From NCBI RefSeq assembly GCF_006345805.1, contig NW_021833142.1, positions 1-29,194 on the forward strand: 29,194 bases of DNA, written 5' to 3'. A program made the translations under genes and the position numbers. Shown here one piece after another: positions 22,213 to 29,194 of the stretch (the first letter of the stretch is position 1; each line of letters begins with the position of its first letter). Source of the DNA: Octopus sinensis (taxonomy: Eukaryota). The notes beneath the pieces were generated by a model. It made no database searches. It was not told the origin of the DNA and was given only the letters and a program-made list of their open reading frames with translations.

Positions 22213-22406
22213 ATATATATATATATATAATATATATATATATATATAAGTGAACACTATACAAATATTCCTTAAAAAAACACGTTTCTCTTAATTTTTC
22301 TAAATTTAATTATTTAATCGTTTACAGTTAAATGGTCTCAAAATGACCGAAACCGGTACTGAAATGTTCTTTATAAAATATTTAGCATTTTCTATCTTGA
22401 CTTGTT

Positions 22407-22454
<48 letters not shown>

Positions 22455-22617
22455 TACGACGGGTCTTCAGTTTTCCGTCTACCAAATCCACTCACAACGC
22501 TTTGGTCGGCCCGAGACTACAGCAAAAGACACTTGCCCAAGGTGCCACGCAGTGGGACTGAACCCGGAACCATGTGGTTAGTAAGCAAGCTACTTACCAC
22601 ACGCCCACTCCTACTCC
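21804..22617 (-). mobile_element. SINE family D with duplicated 3' junction, expanded (TA)n and a ~160-bp foreign insert
   Basis: 3' end occurs twice (112-bp period); insert ~22250-22410 lies between two TA tracts; 5' half 22455-22617. Confidence 0.85.
22321..22364 (+). ncRNA. Minimal type I hammerhead-like motif with decayed CUGANGA box
   Basis: tttaCAG-ttaaat-GGTC(tcaaaat)GACC-GAAA-CCGG-TA-CTGaaa: stems I, II and palindromic III in the correct order. Confidence 0.45.
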
Positions 22618-22796
22618 TATACACTTTATATTTGCTTTCGAAATGTTTGTCAACAATGTTTGTATCTATGCATGTATGTATGTATGTATGTATATATGTA
22701 TGTATCTATGTATGTATGGTATGGTGTATGTATGTATGTATGTATGTATGTATGTATGTATGTATGTATGTACGTATGCATGTATATATGCATCTA

Positions 22797-22950
22797 TCTA
22801 TGTAAACATTCTTTAGAACAATACTATGTGCAAAACCAAATATGAGGCACACTAGGCATAACACCAACATGAACTTCTAACTTGTTGTCTCTTGATGTCT
22901 CTGGGTGAGACTTGGAGTCAACTGATACAGATACAAAGCAAAAGTCAAAC

Positions 22951-22953
<3 letters not shown>
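22797..22953 (+). mobile_element. Putative 3' UTR fragment of a TAA-tailed retroelement
   Basis: Non-repetitive 150 bp ending …GCAAAAGTCAAACATA directly into (TAA)n. Identity is inferred from the tail and from the adjacent REL fragment. Confidence 0.4.
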
Positions 22954-22989
<36 letters not shown>

Positions 22990-23081
22990 TATTTAATAAT
23001 ACGGATACTACTACTAATAATAATAATAATAATATTTAATAATAATAAGGATACTACTACTACTACTAATAATAATAATAC

Positions 23082-23132
<51 letters not shown>
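22953..23132. repeat. (TAA)n/(TAC)n microsatellite
   Basis: Directly visible. Confidence 0.97.
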
Positions 23133-23134
<2 letters not shown>

Positions 23135-23240
23135 TCCAGAAGGAGTCACCGAAAATGAGAATTGCAAAATGCTGTGCGATGCAAGGATCCAATGCGTTTA
23201 CCTGACCAGACTTCGGAAACCGGACATTGTTGTGGTGAAT
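23133..23240 (+). pseudogene. R4/Dong-type REL endonuclease fragment
   Basis: TPEGVTENENCKMLCDARIQCVYLTRLRKPDIVVVN aligns with PEGIVENRNTKILWDFMIQCDHEIENRKSGIVLI at ~26731-26830 and retains the catalytic PD. Confidence 0.82.
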
Positions 23241-23402
23241 TATATTAATTGCGCCTGAATCCGTGGGATACTCAGTCACTTATACTTATAGTTTAATGAA
23301 ACGTACGTCTGGAATACTCATCGTCGACGTCGATGGAAGACACATTGGACTGTCAAAGATAACAAATGTCCAGGTGATGCACGCTGTTAATATTATTAGA
23401 TT

Positions 23403-23482
23403 GACGCTCGAAGTAAGAAAAATGTCATAAAGGGAAAGTTATAGTGTAAAAGTATAACGTTTCGGATATAGTCCTTTGTCGA
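23403..23482 (-). ncRNA. Degenerate type I hammerhead-ribozyme-like motif
   Basis: Minus strand: TCGACAA-A-GGA(ctata)TCC-GAAA-CGTT…47 nt…AGCG-TC. Confidence 0.45.
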
Positions 23483-23607
23483 ATATACGGTGAAAATTCC
23501 AAGACAGAAAGAAAAGACAACATAAGGAAAGAAAGATCCATGAAAAATACACATTGTGTACCGGACATCACCAACGAGTGAACAATACGTAAACACACGA
23601 GAGAAAT

Positions 23608-23760
23608 GCTTCTTTCAGTTTCCATGTACCAAATCCACTCACAAGGCTTTGGTCGGCCAGTGGCCAGAAGCTACACTTTCCCAATGTGCCACGCAGTGGG
23701 ACTGAACCTGGAACCATGTGATTGGGAAGCAAGCTTCTTACCACACAGCCACTCCTGCAC
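23608..23760 (-). mobile_element. SINE family D, 5' half
   Basis: Head and central block; internal deletion. Confidence 0.88.
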
Positions 23761-24142
23761 TTTTTTTTTTACATTTTTCTTCTTTTTTCGTACCTATTTC
23801 ACTAAAATATTCCTTGTCTGTAAATTATCAGTCACTTCTTTCTGTTTCCATGTATACATAGACAGATACACACACACACACGTGCGCGTATATATGCGGA
23901 ATAGATAAAACAGTGGATAACCTATGAAGGGTCGTCTTTTATGTTACTTGTCTTCTTTTCCATTTGTTTCTTTCGTTGTCCGCAAAAAAATTCGTATTCC
24001 AAGTTTTCGTATTTCGTACTTTATGTTGTTTTCGTATTTCATGTTGTATACTTTCTATGACATCCTGTACCCATATATGCATATGTATATACATATATAT
24101 GTATGTATGTATGTCCAAATATGTACGTATATATGCATGCAT

Positions 24143-24194
<52 letters not shown>

Positions 24195-24207
24195 TGTATA
24201 TACCACC

Positions 24208-24323
24208 GTGATCACGTGACAGACCAGGCTATCAGATGTTGCTACACATCGCTGGTCACAATGCGCTTCACATTGTTTTAGCCTTCAAATGACGCCACCC
24301 CGCAGGCTATGCGAGCAGGCCAA
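24208..24323 (-). mobile_element. SINE 3'-tail fragment related to the family A tail at 19020-19130
   Basis: Shared GTGATCACGTG…CACAATGCG…GCGAGC(A/G)GGCCAA motifs. Confidence 0.6.
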
Positions 24324-24348
24324 TATGTATATATAATATATATATATA

Positions 24349-24411
<63 letters not shown>

Positions 24412-24562
24412 GGCGCAGGAGTGACACTGTGGTAAGAAGCTTGCTTACAACCACATGCTTCCGAGTTCAGTCCCACTGCAAGGCACCTTGCACAAGTTCT
24501 CCTGCGATAGCCCCGGGCCGACCAAAGCCTTATGAGTAGATTTTGGTAGAAAAAGCACGTCA
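24412..24562 (+). mobile_element. SINE family D, 5' half
   Basis: GGCGCAGGAGTGACACTGTGG head, B-box GAGTTCAGTCCC. Confidence 0.88.
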
Positions 24563-24651
24563 TATATGTGTGAGTGTGTGTGTGTGTGTGTTTGTGTGGT
24601 GTGTGTACGTATATGTATCGTTTAAGATATATCTATTTATATATATATATA

Positions 24652-24694
<43 letters not shown>

Positions 24695-24696
<2 letters not shown>

Positions 24697-24903
24697 GTCA
24701 ATCCAAACAAGAAAACACAAAAAAAAAACACAACAACGTGAGGACGTAGAACAAATATAGTATTACTGGACGCTGAGGAAAGAAGGGAAGAAGGAGGGTT
24801 TAACGTTTCGAGCGGAGCTCTTCGTCGGAAAAATACGAGAAGGAAAGATCCCGAGAAGGGAAGACAAAGGGAAAAAAATCGCCAACGATACACACGAGGT
24901 CAC
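24695..24903 (-). mobile_element. ~210-bp element in microsatellite carrying a hammerhead-like motif (Penelope pseudo-LTR or retrozyme-like)
   Basis: Minus strand 24828-24769: CCGACGA-A-GAGC(tcc)GCTC-GAAA-CGTT…27 nt…AGCG-TC; flanked by (TA)n and (GACA)n. Confidence 0.6.
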
Positions 24904-25119
24904 ATAGATAGACTGAATCAGACAGCCAGACAAACAGACAGACAGGCAGGCAGGCAGATATAGAGTTATTTTAAAGTGGTCTTTTCTCGTAACGAGCGTA
25001 AATTCTTTGACTCGATAAAGTTGACCGACTTAACTAAAGAATTTTAGAATCATGTGACAGTTATTTTTTTCTTTCTGTAATAAATACTATAAATATACAG
25101 GTTCATGCAAGAATTTGCC

Positions 25120-25165
<46 letters not shown>

Positions 25166-25305
25166 GTGTGTGTGTGTGTGTTTGCGTGTGTGTAAGAAAA
25201 ATGTGAAATCTATAAAAATAAGCAATTATGATTTATAAAGTCTTATTTTTGTATTTTTTAAAAATTATTACTGCCAATAATGATAATAATAATAATAATA
25301 ATAAT

Positions 25306-25808
25306 CTTAAAATATTTTGCTCAACACCACAGATTTGCTTGATCTTAACTGATTGGAAGTGTTAACATGTACAATGTTTTGTCTTGGTATAAAAGATGGG
25401 CTACAGCAAATATTTTGCGCAAGACCACAGATTTGCTTGTCGGTTGTTTGACTTCAACCAGTTGACCATGTCCCTTAGTGGCTGACGATATGTGCATCTC
25501 TGATCATGAGCAGAAGTAGTGGGGGAGCATCATAGACATGTGTTGAAAGGGATTCTTTGGGGTTTCAATAATTCACCTCTGGAAACATGGGTGTTTCGTT
25601 CATCATCCTTAAACAACCTTTATTCAGGGACCTTTTGAGCATGAAAGGTTACTCGACCTGAAGAAAATTTTAACTGGGCCCCACCTGCAAGATCATGAGC
25701 TGTTTATCTTGATATTAGATCACCATGTCGCGCACATATGGTTGTGATGCATGTGCCTAGTGTACCCTTATCAGACGGGTAGTCCTGATGGGTATACTGG
25801 GCTTCGTA
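25306..25808 (+). mobile_element. TAA-associated repeat E (non-coding; probable retroelement 3' region), 3' end missing
   Basis: Starts directly after (TAA)n; its last 77 bp recur at 27516-27592, where the sequence runs on into a (TAA)n tail; internal 32-bp repeat at 25310 and 25408. Confidence 0.55.
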
Positions 25809-27376
25809 GTGTGGTGTGTAAGTCTTGAAGAGAAGCAAAGTCAAATGTATGGACGGGCTAACGATACCGTCGTGGGAGGTTATGAAGCAGATAGATTTTG
25901 GAATTGGATAAATTGATGGGGAAAGAAATGACAGAAAAGTTTAAGGTGGGGTACTTGCGCAGACTGAGACTGATCCTTAAATCGAAATTAAATGGACGGA
26001 ATAAGATCGAAACTATCAACACCTGGGCGGTTTCACTCCTTAGATATGGAGCAGGGGTAATCGCATGGACAGTAGACGAACTAAACAGTTTAGACAGAAA
26101 GACAAGGAAGTTGGTAACTAGATATGGGTCACTCCACCAAATGTGACACAGACAGACTGTATGTACCAAGAAAAAGAGGAGGAAGAGGACTTATTAGATG
26201 CGAACACAGCAATGGAGCAGAAGAAAACAACATAGCACGGTATGTAAAAAAAATTCCACAGAACCGCTATTATTAGAAGTAAGAAGGTCAGGCTTGTGTA
26301 GGATGAAGGATTGCAAAGATAAAGCACTATACAAGAAATTGAAAACGAATGAAACTGAAAATAGGTGGATAAAGAAAATAATGCAGAGTCAATTTCATAG
26401 AGATGTCGAAGATAAGACAGACAGAGAAAAAAGATGGCGGTGGATGACTAAAAGTGATTTAAAACCGGAAACGGAGGCTCTAATCTGTGCTGCCCAAGAG
26501 CAAGCACTAAGAACAAACTACATAGAATACAGAATAGACAACGCAGCAGAAAGTGATAAGTGCAGAATCTGTGGACAAAACGGTGAAACCGTATGGCATA
26601 TTACCAGCCAATGTACGCCACTAGCCCAGAAGGAATATAAGAGACGGAACGACAATATAACCAGGCTTGTCCATTGGACACTTTGCAACAAGTATGGACT
26701 TGACAGAGCAAATCTTGGTACGACCACAAACCCGAAGGCATCGTCGAAAATAGAAATACAAAGATCCTCTGGGATTTTATGATTCAGTGCGACCATGAGA
26801 TAGAGAATAGGAAGTCAGGCATAGTCTTAATTGACAAAAGAAAACAAACTATGCTGGATCATAGATATAGCATGCCCAGCTGACAACAAGATATGCGATG
26901 AGGAAGAAAGAAAAGTCGGGAGATATGACAGGTTATCTTGGGAAGTTAAGCAGTTGTGGTCGATGAAAAGGGTAGCAGTAGTACCAATAGTTGTCGGAGC
27001 CCTGGGAAAAGTGAGCAAAAATCTCGAGAAGTACGTGTAATAAATAGGAGCTGCAATAAGGGGGAAGCACTTGCAGAAAACAGCACTGCTTGGAACCGCT
27101 CGATTACTCCGGAAAGTGCTCGAAAAATAAGAGGTGTTAGTTGCCTTAGTTCACTGCTAGTGAACATTTGACACTGTAGTACATCTCCGGCGTTACGTGT
27201 AATAAATAGGAGCTGCAATAAGGGGGAAGCACTTGCAGAAAACAGCACTGCTTGGAACCGCTCGATTACTCCGGAAAGTGCTCGAAAAATAAGAGGTGTT
27301 AGTTGCCTTAGTTCACTGCTAGTGAACATTTGACACTGTAGTACATCTCCGGCGTTAGAAGCTGAGCAAAGGCAAT
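25809..27376 (+). mobile_element. R4/Dong-clade LINE, 5'-truncated and disrupted (RT thumb + CCHC + REL endonuclease + 3' UTR), ending in (AAT)n
   Basis: KSKLNGRNKIETINTWAVSLLRYGAG; LYVPRKRGGRGL (26157); AAQEQALRT; CRICGQNGETVWHITSQC (26561-26614); ILWDFMIQCD; IIDIACP; VPIVVGALG; LQKTALLGTARLLRKVLEK*. Catalytic PD reads SG; frameshifts and stops. Confidence 0.92.
27032..27355 (+). repeat. Perfect 162-bp tandem duplication of the LINE ORF end and 3' UTR
   Basis: 27032-27193 is identical to 27194-27355 by eye. Confidence 0.95.
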
Positions 27377-27478
27377 AATAATAATAATAATAAGAAAGAA
27401 GAAGAAGAAGAAGAAGAAGAAGAAGAAGAAGAAGAAGAAGAAGAAGAAGAAGAATGATAATAATAATAATAATGATAA

Positions 27479-27640
27479 ACCTGTCTGATAAGGGTAAACT
27501 AGGCACATGCATCGTGCACATATGGTTGTGAAGCATGTGCCTAGTGTACCCTTATCAGACGGGTAGTCATGATGGGTATATTGGGTTTCGTATATTTTAC
27601 CCCAGTGTCACTTTGATGGCATGCACTGCTCTCTCACTCA
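27479..27640 (+). mobile_element. Repeat E 3' end preceded by an inverted copy of itself, then (TAA)n
   Basis: 27479-27510 is the reverse complement of 27533-27564 (30/32); tail …CTCTCTCACTCAG(TAA)n. Confidence 0.75.
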
Positions 27641-27701
<61 letters not shown>

Positions 27702-28089
27702 TAATAATAATAATAATAATCTTGGAAATTAAGAAAATATTTTCAAGCTGGTCGCTGACTTTTAAATTGTATATTTTTGGTTAATACCAAAATAATATGC
27801 GAATACACGCGACTAATGAGACAATGTCTGGCGAGGTTAGGGTGAATTGTATTGTAAAACATAGAGTATCGTATAGTATTGTGTTTATTTTTTTGCATTA
27901 GTCGATTACATTATATTCTTTTAATTCATTACTATTTTAATGATTCTTAATTCTAAAATCATACCAAACATTTTAATTAGTGACTTATTTGCTCGCAGTC
28001 TAGACTGGTAGTCTCCACACATTAATGAAGCCAGTTTGTTTTCACTACCTCCCAAGAATCATAACACTTAAAGAACATTTGCATGGAGG

Positions 28090-29120
<1,031 letters not shown>

Positions 29121-29194
29121 TTGCAATGGAATGGGGGGGAGAACTTATCCCGAAGAGCTGAATAAAAATAATTAAGTCTTTTAAAAAGACGGGC

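Noticed and set aside
187-24562. Minus-strand bias of D SINEs (8 of 11) as evidence of a host transcription direction
   Set aside because: Sample too small to differ from chance.
21783-27355. Direct repeats with spacers as a CRISPR-like array
   Set aside because: Repeats are long, irregular TE duplications in a eukaryotic context; no cas genes.

Overview
Eukaryotic, AT-rich, repeat-saturated DNA with no host protein-coding exon, rRNA, true tRNA or CRISPR array that I can support; it reads as intergenic or deep intronic. The SINE repertoire and microsatellite density resemble an octopus (coleoid cephalopod) genome. This is inferred from recognition of the repeats, not from a search. Contents: (1) more than 25 copies or fragments of four tRNA-headed SINE families, labelled here A (CORE-like domain), B, C (Meta-like domain) and D (internal TA/CA tract); (2) decayed LINEs: a Tx1/L1-type ORF1 with a CCHC knuckle and no adjacent ORF2 (5.3-6.5 kb), a Tx1/L1-type ORF2 3' part with YADD (15.1-16.9 kb), a CR1-type 3' end (10.0-10.4 kb), and three restriction-like-endonuclease (R4/Dong-type) remnants (18.3-19.0, 23.1 and 25.8-27.4 kb); (3) an internally deleted mariner and a ~500-bp palindrome built from a pogo/Tigger-like terminus; (4) large TA, CA, TATG, TAA, TAG and TTC microsatellites, which explain most ORFs in the track. 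Best leads: four hammerhead-ribozyme-like motifs in short inserts (two inside SINE TA tracts, one flanked by a TA tract; two related copies show covariation), the apparently ORF1-only (HAL1-like) element with promoter-like monomers and a pre-miRNA-sized hairpin, the TAA-associated cluster of REL LINEs, and nested long inverted repeats that would form dsRNA if transcribed. None is shown to be functional or novel from sequence alone.
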